A stretch of DNA of 32,000 nt from assembly GCF_031583145.1 (NCBI RefSeq), contig NZ_CP134050.1:685739-717738 (forward strand), written 5' to 3'. Positions 9,324-17,183 of the stretch are shown here, piece by piece. Under the pieces are notes generated by a model. It had not been told where the DNA came from, did no database searches, and saw nothing but the letters and a program-made list of their open reading frames with translations. Positions within the stretch are counted from its first letter, which is position 1. Every line of letters begins with the position of its first letter. This DNA comes from Brevibacillus brevis (lineage in GTDB: Bacteria > Bacillota > Bacilli > Brevibacillales > Brevibacillaceae). A program made the translations under genes and the position numbers.

Positions 9324-9489
9324 AATAGAGGAAATTCCATTGAGTGTAGTTCGTGATTTTGATGCAATGGATGATGGTGATCCATCTGTCCCCCCTCAAT
9401 TTGGTTGTGAGCACTGCGGAAATCCCATGTACCCTGAGTATTACAAAGGATTGCATGGATATGAGTACAAACTTTCGGATATCCTCTAA
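9199..9489 (+). CDS. Small zinc-ribbon protein (CxxC...CxxC), passenger ORF at the IS91-like 3' end
   Basis: Reads YVCLTCHEIEEIPLSVVRDFDAMDDGDPSVPPQFGCEHCGNPMYPEYYKGLHGYEYKLSDIL and is followed by a terminator. The start is uncertain (TTG 9199 or GTG 9214) and there is no convincing RBS. It overlaps the transposase 3' end in another frame. Confidence 0.4.
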   Translation: MKISQVSKKKKAKKNHKALLESFRRKQEKNEVVKYVCLTCHEIEEIPLSVVRDFDAMDDGDPSVPPQFGCEHCGNPMYPEYYKGLHGYEYKLSDIL

Positions 9490-9499
9490 CGCAAAAAGG

Positions 9500-9525
9500 C
9501 CCGGAGCTTCGCTCCGGGTTTTCTT
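9500..9525 (+). terminator. Rho-independent terminator
   Basis: CCCGGAGC-ttc-GCTCCGGG stem followed by TTTTCTT. Confidence 0.75.
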
Positions 9526-9564
9526 AATAGGACACAGGCGGCTATCCAGGGTGGGCAAAGTAGC

Positions 9565-9599
9565 GAGATCATTTATTACGAAATCGAATAAATGATATC
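9565..9599. promoter_or_regulatory. 13-bp-arm dyad (GAGATCATTTATT N9 AATAAATGATATC), candidate operator or IS91-like end hairpin
   Basis: The arms are 9565-9577 and 9587-9599 with one mismatch; the core ATCATTTATT/AATAAATGAT is perfect. It lies about 100 bp upstream of phnC and about 40 bp downstream of the IS91-side terminator. Confidence 0.35.
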
Positions 9600-9698
9600 T
9601 AAAAAACGCTCGTTTTATTAACTATTTATTCATAAAAGGTGAGGATTCGCATTAACATAGCCATGCGAAGATGGAACATGTAAATCACGCAAGGTGAG

Positions 9699-10490
9699 GT
9701 GATCCAATACTTGATCGAGATTCAGGAACTGACCAAAGCATTCGGGGGAAATATCGTTCTGGACAAGGTCACCTTCTCCATTCATAACCGGGAATTTCTC
9801 GTCATCCTGGGTTCCAGCGGGGCGGGGAAGTCGACGCTGCTGCGCTGCATCAACGGTTTGCTTGCGCCGACAAGCGGACAGATCCGAATGGACGGTACGG
9901 TCTATACACAAAAGAACATCCGGGAATTAAGGAGAAAAGTGGGCTTTATCTTCCAGCATTACGAGGTGATCGGCAACCTGTCCGTGATGCAGAACGTCCT
10001 GCTGGGCAGCCTGGGTACAAAATCCTTCTGGAATGTCTTTTTTTCCAGGGAGGAGCGCGTCAAGGCAGCGGAAGCCATCGAACTGGTCGGACTGGGGGAC
10101 AAGGTCCATGTACGGGTCGATCAGCTCAGCGGCGGACAAAAGCAAAGGGTCGGGATTGCCCGGGCCGTTTTTCAAAATCCGCAGGTGATTTTGGCCGATG
10201 AACCTGTTGCCAGTCTGGATCCGGTGACCAGTCTGGAAATCCTTTCGCTGCTCAAGCGAATCAAGGAGGAAAAAGGCACGACCATTGTCTGCAATCTTCA
10301 CCAGCTGGAGTATGCGCGCACTTTCGGGGAACGGATTATCGGGATTCGCCACGGAATGATTCAGTATGACGGGCAGGCATCCCGGATTACGGAAGCGGAT
10401 ATCCGGAACATTTACGGTAATGCTTACATGCTGGAACAGGGTGAGCGTGAAGAGGAAGGACGCACTGCTGCACAATTGGTTCATTCCTAA
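9699..10490 (+). CDS. phnC: Phosphonate/phosphite ABC transporter ATP-binding protein (PhnC/PtxA-like)
   Basis: Walker A GSSGAGKST, signature LSGGQKQRV and Walker B ILADEP. The N-terminal IEIQELTKAFGG is typical of PhnC. The start may be TTG 9711, with AAGGTGAGG upstream. Confidence 0.88.
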   Translation: MIQYLIEIQELTKAFGGNIVLDKVTFSIHNREFLVILGSSGAGKSTLLRCINGLLAPTSGQIRMDGTVYTQKNIRELRRKVGFIFQHYEVIGNLSVMQNVLLGSLGTKSFWNVFFSREERVKAAEAIELVGLGDKVHVRVDQLSGGQKQRVGIARAVFQNPQVILADEPVASLDPVTSLEILSLLKRIKEEKGTTIVCNLHQLEYARTFGERIIGIRHGMIQYDGQASRITEADIRNIYGNAYMLEQGEREEEGRTAAQLVHS

Positions 10491-10509
10491 ACAACGAGGA
10501 GGGCTTTTT

Positions 10510-11427
10510 ATGAAAAAACGATTTGTGCTTGGCATGATTCTGGCACTCACCGCCATGCTCGCTGTCGGATGCGGAAGCAACAACACGGCGCCAGCGGGGA
10601 CAAATGCCGCCAATGAGACAAATGCCGCAAAGGCAAGCAAGCCGGAAAAGCTGCGGGTAGCGCTGCTGCCGGACGAATCGCCGTCCACGGTCATTACGAA
10701 CAATACCGCGTTGAAAGAGTATTTGTCGAAAACGCTGAACATGGAAGTGGAACTGGTGGTGACCACGGACTACTCTTCCATGATTGAAGCGATGCGAAAC
10801 GGAAAAATCGATGTCGGCTACTACGGCCCGCTTTCCTACGTGCTGCTGAAGCAAAAAATGGAGAATGCGGTGGCGTTTGCGGCTAAAGTGGAAAACGGCT
10901 CTCCTACTTACCAAGCTGTCGTGATTGCCGGCGCCGATACCGGGATTCAATCGCTTTCCGATGTCAAAGGAAAAACCGTTGCCTACGGGGATGTATCGTC
11001 CACATCCAGCCACTTGATCCCCAAGGAAATGCTCTTGTCGGAAGGAAAAGCGGAAGCAGGCAAGGACTACGAGGAACAATTTGTCGGAGCGCATGATGCC
11101 GTTGCCATGGCAGTACAAAACGGAAACGCGCAGGCTGGCGGGCTGAGCAAGCCAATCTTTGAATCGATGGTGGAAAAAGGGACGATCGACCCGAACAAAG
11201 TCAAAGTGATTGCCGAATCGAAACCGTATCCGAACTACCCATGGGTATTGAACGGCGAATTGGACGCTGAGCTGCAGGAACAGATCAAACAGGCTTTCTA
11301 CAACCTGAAGGACGAGGCTGTCTTAAAACCGTTGAAAGGGGAAGGCTTTGCTCCGATCGAGGACAAGGATTATGATGTAATCCGCAACATGGTGGAATTG
11401 CTTGGCGTGGATCTGGAGTCGGTCTGA
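10510..11427 (+). CDS. phnD: Phosphonate/phosphite ABC transporter substrate-binding lipoprotein (PhnD/PtxB-like)
   Basis: GAGGAGGG RBS, a signal peptide and the lipobox LAVGC. PhnD-like blocks are DYSSMIEAMRNGKIDVGYYGPLSYV and TSSHLIP. Confidence 0.88.
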   Translation: MKKRFVLGMILALTAMLAVGCGSNNTAPAGTNAANETNAAKASKPEKLRVALLPDESPSTVITNNTALKEYLSKTLNMEVELVVTTDYSSMIEAMRNGKIDVGYYGPLSYVLLKQKMENAVAFAAKVENGSPTYQAVVIAGADTGIQSLSDVKGKTVAYGDVSSTSSHLIPKEMLLSEGKAEAGKDYEEQFVGAHDAVAMAVQNGNAQAGGLSKPIFESMVEKGTIDPNKVKVIAESKPYPNYPWVLNGELDAELQEQIKQAFYNLKDEAVLKPLKGEGFAPIEDKDYDVIRNMVELLGVDLESV

Positions 11428-12260
11428 TGAAACCGGAACAATCAGAAGCAGTCCACAAGAAAGCAGCTCTCTCGCCCGGAAACAGCTTCTGGGCGAACTG
11501 GGGCTGGGTGATCGGCACGGGAGCTGTCCTGATCGTCGGAGCGTTGGTCTATACCCTCGTGATCAGTTGGGAAGCGTTGATGGCAGGCGACATTCTGGAA
11601 AACATGTCCCGCATCATCGGCGAAATGTTTCCGCCCGATCTGTCGATTATCGCCACATTGGGCCAACCGATCATCGACACGTTGGCGATGAGTGTAATGG
11701 CTACCCTGCTTGCGGTTTGCATCGCCTTTCCGCTCGGCTTTCTCGCCGCGGAAACCACGACCATCCATCCGACAGTGCGGTATTTGGTCAAAGGGTTGTT
11801 CAATGCCTTGCGAACCATTCCTGAATTGATTTTGGCGATCATTTTTGTCGCTTCGGTTGGGTTTGGTATCCTGCCGGGAATTCTGGCCTTGGGCCTGCAT
11901 TCAGCGGGGATGCTTGGGAAATTTTACGCCGAAGCCATTGACAAGGTGGACAAGGGACTGATAGAAGCGGTGGAAGCATGCGGCGGATCCCGTTTTCACG
12001 TCATCGTGTTTGGCGTGATTCCGCAGATTATCAGCCATTGCGTCGATTTCTCCCTGTACCGTTGGGAGTACAACTTTCGGGCATCAACCGTTGTAGGGAT
12101 GATTGGAGCGGGTGGAATCGGCTTCCAACTGATGGCCTCCCTGCGGATCCTGCAGTATCAAGAGGTGTTGGCCATCCTGGTGGCCGTGTTTGTCATGGTT
12201 CAGCTTGTCGATGCGTTCGGAAACGCAATTCGAAACAAATTGATCGTGCGGGAGAGGTAA
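11427..12260 (+). CDS. phnE: Phosphonate/phosphite ABC transporter permease (PhnE/PtxC-like)
   Basis: The start overlaps the phnD stop. It is a multi-TM protein with the PhnE-like EAA region EAIDKVDKGLIEAVEACGGSRFHVIVFGVIPQ. Confidence 0.88.
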   Translation: MKPEQSEAVHKKAALSPGNSFWANWGWVIGTGAVLIVGALVYTLVISWEALMAGDILENMSRIIGEMFPPDLSIIATLGQPIIDTLAMSVMATLLAVCIAFPLGFLAAETTTIHPTVRYLVKGLFNALRTIPELILAIIFVASVGFGILPGILALGLHSAGMLGKFYAEAIDKVDKGLIEAVEACGGSRFHVIVFGVIPQIISHCVDFSLYRWEYNFRASTVVGMIGAGGIGFQLMASLRILQYQEVLAILVAVFVMVQLVDAFGNAIRNKLIVRER

Positions 12261-12262
12261 TC

Positions 12263-13273
12263 ATGAAGAAGCCAAAGGTGTTTATTTCGCATTGGATGCC
12301 GGCCATCGGCGTGGACATGATCCGGCAGCACTGCGAGGTTGACTACTACGACGGAACGGTTCCCCTGGACAAGAGGGAATTCATTGCCCGGGCAGCAGAC
12401 GCGGACGCCCTGCTGGTTTTCGTACCGGATGTGATCGACGCAGAGATTTTGGACCATTGCCCCAAGGTAAAAGTGATCAGCAGCTTTGGAAAAGGGTATG
12501 ACAACATCGATGTGGGAGCGTGTTCCAGGCGGGGCATCCTGGTTACCATCAATCCGGACGCCCTGACGGATTCCACGGCGGATTTGGCCATCGGTCTTCT
12601 GCTCGCCCTCTCGCGCAACATTTTGCCGGGAGACGCTCATGTCAGAAGAAAGGCTTTTGCCGGATGGCATGCCACCAACCTGCTGGGAAAGGATTTTCAC
12701 CATTCCACGTTGGGGATTATTGGCATGGGGGCCATCGGAGAAGCGATTGCCGCCAGAGCCAAAGGATTTCAGACGGAGATGTGGTACACCGATGTGCAGC
12801 GTTTTCCGGAAAAGGAAGAGAAATGGGGGATTCGCTATACCGACCTCCAAAGTTTGCTGGAACAATCGGATTTTGTCATCGTCGCCGTCAATCTGGTGCC
12901 GGAAACCTATCATCTGATCGGCGGGGATCAGCTGCAGCGGATGAAGCCGGGCAGCTGTCTGATCAATATCAGCAGGGGATCCACCGTGGATGAGGCGGCC
13001 GTCGCCCGATCCCTGCAGGCCGGGCATCTGGGAGGATACGCGTCCGATGTGTTTGCGTTTGAAGATCCTTCGAACCCCCATCGTCCGGGGTATATCGCCG
13101 AGGAATTGCTGTCCCGCCAGACGGACACCGTCTTTACGCCCCATATCGGCACAGGAACCTTGCAGGCACGGGACCGTTTGGCGGTTTCCAGCGCCAATCA
13201 GCTGCTGGCCGCACTGAAAGGCGACCGTCCAACAGGTGCCGTCAATTTCCAGCAAGTCAAAGAGTTGGCTTAA
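12263..13273 (+). CDS. ptxD: NAD-dependent phosphite dehydrogenase (PtxD-like D-2-hydroxyacid dehydrogenase)
   Basis: 336 aa, the same length as P. stutzeri PtxD as I recall it. Rossmann motif GIIGMGAIGEAIA. The catalytic-triad contexts are SRGSTVDE, GGYASDVFAFED and TPHIGTG, plus GW in FAGWHATNLLG. It lies directly downstream of phnCDE-type genes. The longer ORF-track start at 11978 lies inside phnE and is rejected. Confidence 0.8.
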   Translation: MKKPKVFISHWMPAIGVDMIRQHCEVDYYDGTVPLDKREFIARAADADALLVFVPDVIDAEILDHCPKVKVISSFGKGYDNIDVGACSRRGILVTINPDALTDSTADLAIGLLLALSRNILPGDAHVRRKAFAGWHATNLLGKDFHHSTLGIIGMGAIGEAIAARAKGFQTEMWYTDVQRFPEKEEKWGIRYTDLQSLLEQSDFVIVAVNLVPETYHLIGGDQLQRMKPGSCLINISRGSTVDEAAVARSLQAGHLGGYASDVFAFEDPSNPHRPGYIAEELLSRQTDTVFTPHIGTGTLQARDRLAVSSANQLLAALKGDRPTGAVNFQQVKELA

Positions 13274-13290
13274 GCAAGAAGGAAACGAAA

Positions 13291-13338
13291 AAGGAAAACC
13301 GGCTGCCGTTCTTGCGGCGATCGGTTTTCCTTTTTTAT
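13291..13338. terminator. Bidirectional rho-independent terminator between ptxD and the LysR gene
   Basis: AAGGAAAACCG ... CGGTTTTCCTT stem with T-runs on both strands. Confidence 0.75.
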
Positions 13339-13347
13339 CGAGACTTT

Positions 13348-14253
13348 TCAGGATGCAAAATACTTTCCGATATAGTGCAGGAACGTTTCCGTTTGGCTGG
13401 GTAGCACTTTGCTTTTGTCGCTGACCAGGTAAAAGGAGCGGTGAAAATGCATGCCTTTCATGGGAATGATCCGCAGCGTCCCCAGTTTCAATTCGCGTGT
13501 CAGGGCGAACCGGGACAGGATCGAGATCCCCATCCCTGTTTCCACGGCAGCCTTCACCGCCTCCGTATTTCCCAATTCCATCACGATGTGCAGTTTCTCG
13601 GGATCAAGATCCAGCCCTACCAGCGTTTCTTCAATGACCTGACGCGTCCCTGACCCCGGTTCCCGCAGAATTAGCGGGAGGGAAAACAGTTCGTATGGGG
13701 TGATGGATTCGCGGTTTTGAAGCAAGGGATGGGGCGATTCCCGTGAGCAAACCACCATCAGTTCGTCATCCAGAATGGGCTGGTAGGAAAGCTTGGGGTG
13801 GCGCAGCGAAGACTCGATGAATCCCAGCTGTATTTCGTGGTCCAGCAGCTGGTTGATGATCTGATGGGAATTGTTGATTTGCATACGGATCGTCACTTGG
13901 GGATAATCCCTCTTGAAGCGGCCCAGTACATAGGGGAGCACGTGCTCGCCAATCGTCGTGCTCGCGCCGATGTGGACCTCGCCGGTTAAAGCGCCGGACA
14001 AAAGGGATATTTCCTTTTCGGCGTTCTCCACCAGGTGAAAGATTCTCTCCGCGTAATGAAACAGGAGGTTTCCGGATTCCGTCAACCGGATCGACTTGGT
14101 GGTGCGCTCAAAAAGTTTCGTCTGCAGATGTTCCTCCAGACGCCGGATCTGGATGCTGACGGAGGATTGGGAAATGTGCAGGGACTTGGCCGTTTGCGAA
14201 AAATTCCGCTTCTTGGCCGCCACGTAAAATACCTTCAAGTGATCGAGATTCAT
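13348..14253 (-). CDS. LysR-family transcriptional regulator (PtxE-like by position)
   Basis: The N-terminal HTH is LKVFYVAAKKRNFSQTAKSLHISQSSVSIQIRRLEEHL, followed by a LysR substrate-binding domain. It is convergent with ptxD. Confidence 0.9.
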   Translation of the reverse strand: MNLDHLKVFYVAAKKRNFSQTAKSLHISQSSVSIQIRRLEEHLQTKLFERTTKSIRLTESGNLLFHYAERIFHLVENAEKEISLLSGALTGEVHIGASTTIGEHVLPYVLGRFKRDYPQVTIRMQINNSHQIINQLLDHEIQLGFIESSLRHPKLSYQPILDDELMVVCSRESPHPLLQNRESITPYELFSLPLILREPGSGTRQVIEETLVGLDLDPEKLHIVMELGNTEAVKAAVETGMGISILSRFALTRELKLGTLRIIPMKGMHFHRSFYLVSDKSKVLPSQTETFLHYIGKYFAS

Positions 14254-14369
14254 GGATCTTCTCCTGTTTGCCGAGGTTAGTTTTATCTTAAATCATTTTC
14301 CGCGACGGAGAAAGACAGCCAACCGGATTTACGCAAAAAGGCGGTTAGCGCAAGTGACCATCGACCGGG

Positions 14370-14497
14370 TCAAGTGATGCGGTATACCTTCAGCTTGCGG
14401 TGCAAGGTGCGTATGCCGATGCCCGGCTCCTTGGCGGCTTCCTGCTTGCCTTACGATCCGCACCGTGCTTCCTGCGTGCCGCCCGGATGGCAAGACG
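14370..14497 (-). pseudogene. C-terminal relic of an NtrC/sigma-54-type activator (Fis-type HTH)
   Basis: The minus strand reads AAKEPGIGIRTLHRKLKVYRIT-stop. One frameshift upstream it reads LAIRAARRKHGADRKA, which matches the usual xAIxxALxxxxGNxxxAAxxLGISRxTLYRKLKxY end of these activators. There is no upstream body. Confidence 0.5.
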
Positions 14498-14620
14498 GGC
14501 CTGGAAAATGTGATTGAAGGCCGGTTCATTCATGTAAAAAAGAAAAACAGGCAGGAAGCGGCTGACAAGGCGATGAATTTACTGGGAAGAGTGGGACTGA
14601 CTGACAAGGCGGACGCGTCG
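14492..14620 (+). pseudogene. Internal fragment of an amino-acid-type ABC transporter ATPase
   Basis: TGLENVIEGRFIHVKKKNRQEAADKAMNLLGRVGLTDKADA matches the segment between the Q-loop and the signature motif of polar-amino-acid ABC ATPases. Walker A and the LSGGQ signature are absent. Confidence 0.5.
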
Positions 14621-14657
14621 GTTCCTGCAGCAACTATTATAAGGAGAAGGTGGACAC

Positions 14658-16307
14658 ATGTTGAATTGCCGTGAACAGATTCTGGCTTTGACCGAAGCGT
14701 TGGTGGGTGTGGAAAGCGTTGTAAACACAAAGGGCGAAATCGACATCGCCCGCCATCTCTACCAATACCTGAATACGCTCCCCTATTTTCAGGAAAACCC
14801 TGACCGGCTTGTCCTCTCCCGTACAGGTAACGACGAGCTGGAGCGGTACAACGTTTTGGCATTTGTCAAAGGCACCAAGAGACCGAGCAGCAAGACGGTC
14901 ATCCTGATGGGGCATCTCGATACGGTGGGGATCGAGGATTACAACCACCTGAGAGACAAGGCCTGCCGTCCGCGCCCCCTGATGGAAGCCTTGGCGCGGG
15001 AGCCTTTGCCGGAACTGGTCAGGCAGCAGCTGGAATCGGGGGAATGGTACTTCGGCCGCGGCGCGCTGGATATGAAGGGCGGTGTCGCCAGCCATCTCTA
15101 CCTGCTGCGCCACTACGCCGAGCATCCGGAGGAATTGGCCGGCAATTTGCTGTTTTTGGCCGAGTGCGACGAGGAAGACAGTTCCCACGGTGTCCTGTCG
15201 GCACTAAAGGATTTGCAAAAATGGCGGGACGAGCACGGCTTCGAGTACATCGCCCTGATCAACTCCGACTTCGTCGCGCCGCGCTACGACGGCGATCCCA
15301 ATCGCTATATCTACAAGGGGACCGTGGGCAAGCTGCTACCGTCGTTTTTCATCACCGGATATGAAACGCACGCAGGGTCGGCGTTTGAAGGACTTGACCC
15401 GAATTTCATCGCCGCCGAGCTCACGCGTCAAATCAGCTACAATCCCGATCTTTGCGACGAGGCGTACGGCGAAATGCCGGTGCCGCCAGTCTCCTTGAAG
15501 CAGACCGACCTCAAGCCCACCTACACGATCCAGACGGCATTGTCCGCTTATGTCTACTTCAATTTTTTCATCCACTCCTGGTCGCCGAAGCAAGTATTGC
15601 AGATGCTGAAGGAACAGGCGGAAATCGCCTTTGAGAACGCGCTCACGCTTCTTCGCGAACGCCATCGCCGTTTTTGCGAGCGGAGCGGGCAGGCCTGGAC
15701 CGAACTGCCGTGGAAAACGCGCGTGCTCGTATACGAGGAGATGAAAAAACAGCTGGTGGAGGAGAACGGCGAGGCCTTCCTTGCCCATATGAAACAGTTC
15801 AAGGAGCAGCTGCTGGAAGACAAGAGCCTGGATGTCCGGATGTTCGCTGCCCGTGTCGTGGAGGAAGAATGGAAGTGGATGAAGGACAGGAGCCCGGCCA
15901 TCATCCTGTTTTACTCTTCTCTCTACTCCCCCCGGATCGAGCTGGTGGGCAGGGATGAGCGGGAGCAAAATCTGATCCATGCGCTAGAGCGTGCTGTCGA
16001 GACCGTCCAACCGCATTATCCGCATCCCATCGTGACGCGTCATTTCTTTCCGTTCGTATGTGACATGAGCTTTGTATCCCTCTCCGACGATGAGGAAGGA
16101 ATCCGGGCGGTTGCGGAAAACAATCCGGCTTGGGGGACGAAGCATTTCGTGAATTATCAGGATGTCCGCGAAATCGATGTCCCTTGCATCAATATCGGAC
16201 CGTATGGATACGACGCGCACAATCGGTATGAGCGCATGGAGATTCCGTACTCGGCGGAAGTGGTGCCGAATGTGACGAATGAAGTGATCAAGGAACTGTT
16301 GACGTAA
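14658..16307 (+). CDS. rocB: M20/M25/M40-family peptidase, arginine-utilisation protein RocB-like
   Basis: AAGGAGAAGGTGG RBS. The ORF is 549 aa. RocB-like blocks are ILMGHLDTVGIEDY, FGRGALDMKGGVASHL and FLAECDEEDSSHG. Confidence 0.8.
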   Translation: MLNCREQILALTEALVGVESVVNTKGEIDIARHLYQYLNTLPYFQENPDRLVLSRTGNDELERYNVLAFVKGTKRPSSKTVILMGHLDTVGIEDYNHLRDKACRPRPLMEALAREPLPELVRQQLESGEWYFGRGALDMKGGVASHLYLLRHYAEHPEELAGNLLFLAECDEEDSSHGVLSALKDLQKWRDEHGFEYIALINSDFVAPRYDGDPNRYIYKGTVGKLLPSFFITGYETHAGSAFEGLDPNFIAAELTRQISYNPDLCDEAYGEMPVPPVSLKQTDLKPTYTIQTALSAYVYFNFFIHSWSPKQVLQMLKEQAEIAFENALTLLRERHRRFCERSGQAWTELPWKTRVLVYEEMKKQLVEENGEAFLAHMKQFKEQLLEDKSLDVRMFAARVVEEEWKWMKDRSPAIILFYSSLYSPRIELVGRDEREQNLIHALERAVETVQPHYPHPIVTRHFFPFVCDMSFVSLSDDEEGIRAVAENNPAWGTKHFVNYQDVREIDVPCINIGPYGYDAHNRYERMEIPYSAEVVPNVTNEVIKELLT

Positions 16308-16564
16308 AGGATTTGTCCCGCAAACAGGAACAAATGGGCGGGCCGTTGTCCTTTTGGGGGTGACGGCTTCTTTGTACAAGTGTCGCTGTACGTTTCTGCC
16401 TGGACAGTCGGATGGCGGGAATTTTGCCGTTTCGTGTTTCCGATCGTTTTTGTGTATACTCATTACAGGATTCGAAAAAAAGCAACCTTTTGAAACTGCA
16501 AAATGCAATACAAGAAAGCGAGTGAAATAAACGTGAAAGTGGCATCCATCCAATTGGAGATCAA

Positions 16565-17173
16565 GTTGAGTCCGTATAATTGTGTAAAAACAGCATCTCT
16601 CTAAAAATAAGGGAGCCATTTTCAATCCCCCTCGGTTAGAATGAAGTTGACTAGACAACATTCGAAGGAGAGGGAATTTGAAATGGCTCAATACCAGATT
16701 ACCGTAGATTCGCAACTTTTGCATCAGCTTTTTCTCGGCAATTCACAGGATTCGGGAGTGGCCAAGTTGTTGGAATCCGTATTGAACCAAGTCTTGCAGG
16801 CACAGGCGACCGAACAGTTGGGGGCGGAACCCTACGAACGGACAGATGAGCGTCAAGCATATCGAAATGGTACATACCCACACCAATTGACTACACGTGT
16901 CGGTACGATCACGCTTCGTGTCCCCCGGATTCGCGGCGGGAAGTTCTCAACGGAGTTGTTTGCCAGTTACCAACGCAGCGAACAGGCTCTGGTGCTAGCT
17001 TTGATGGAGATGGTCGTAAACGGGGTGTCGACCCGCAAGGTGTCACAGATCACGGATGAATTGTGTGGCACGGCGTTTTCGAAATCCACGGTGTCGGATC
17101 TGTGTAAGTGGCTGGACCCAATCGTGACAGCTTGGAACAACCGTCCGCTTCATGACCATTCGTTCCCTGTTTT
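16565..17173 (+). mobile_element. IS256-family element, 5' portion only (copy 1)
   Basis: It starts with the IS256-type left IR GTTGAGTCCGTATAATTGTGTAAAAAC and is co-linear with copy 2 (20045 onward). Homology is lost near 17170, where an IS21-type end (TGGCAAG...) begins. Confidence 0.85.
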
Positions 17174-17183
17174 TGGCAAGTAA
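16683..17183 (+). pseudogene. IS256-family transposase, N-terminal 160 aa fragment
   Basis: MAQYQITVDSQLLHQLFLGNSQDSG... is identical in layout to the 20163 ORF. It ends in unrelated codons (VFGK-stop) after the junction. Confidence 0.85.

Noticed and set aside
11978-13273. 431-aa version of the ptxD ORF starting at 11978.
   Set aside because: The first 95 codons overlap phnE in another frame. ATG 12263 follows a GGAGAGG RBS and gives the family-typical 336 aa.
14530-14657. Sigma-54 (-24/-12) promoter in front of rocB.
   Set aside because: No GG-N10-GC arrangement is present. The closest candidate, cGGttcctgcaGCa, has the wrong spacing.
16533-16564. Possible 5' stub of a gene (GTG AAA GTG GCA TCC ATC CAA TTG GAG ATC AA = VKVASIQLEI, reminiscent of carbon-nitrogen hydrolase N-termini) cut by IS256 copy 1.
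   Set aside because: Only about 10 codons and a weak RBS. This is too short to support a call from sequence alone.
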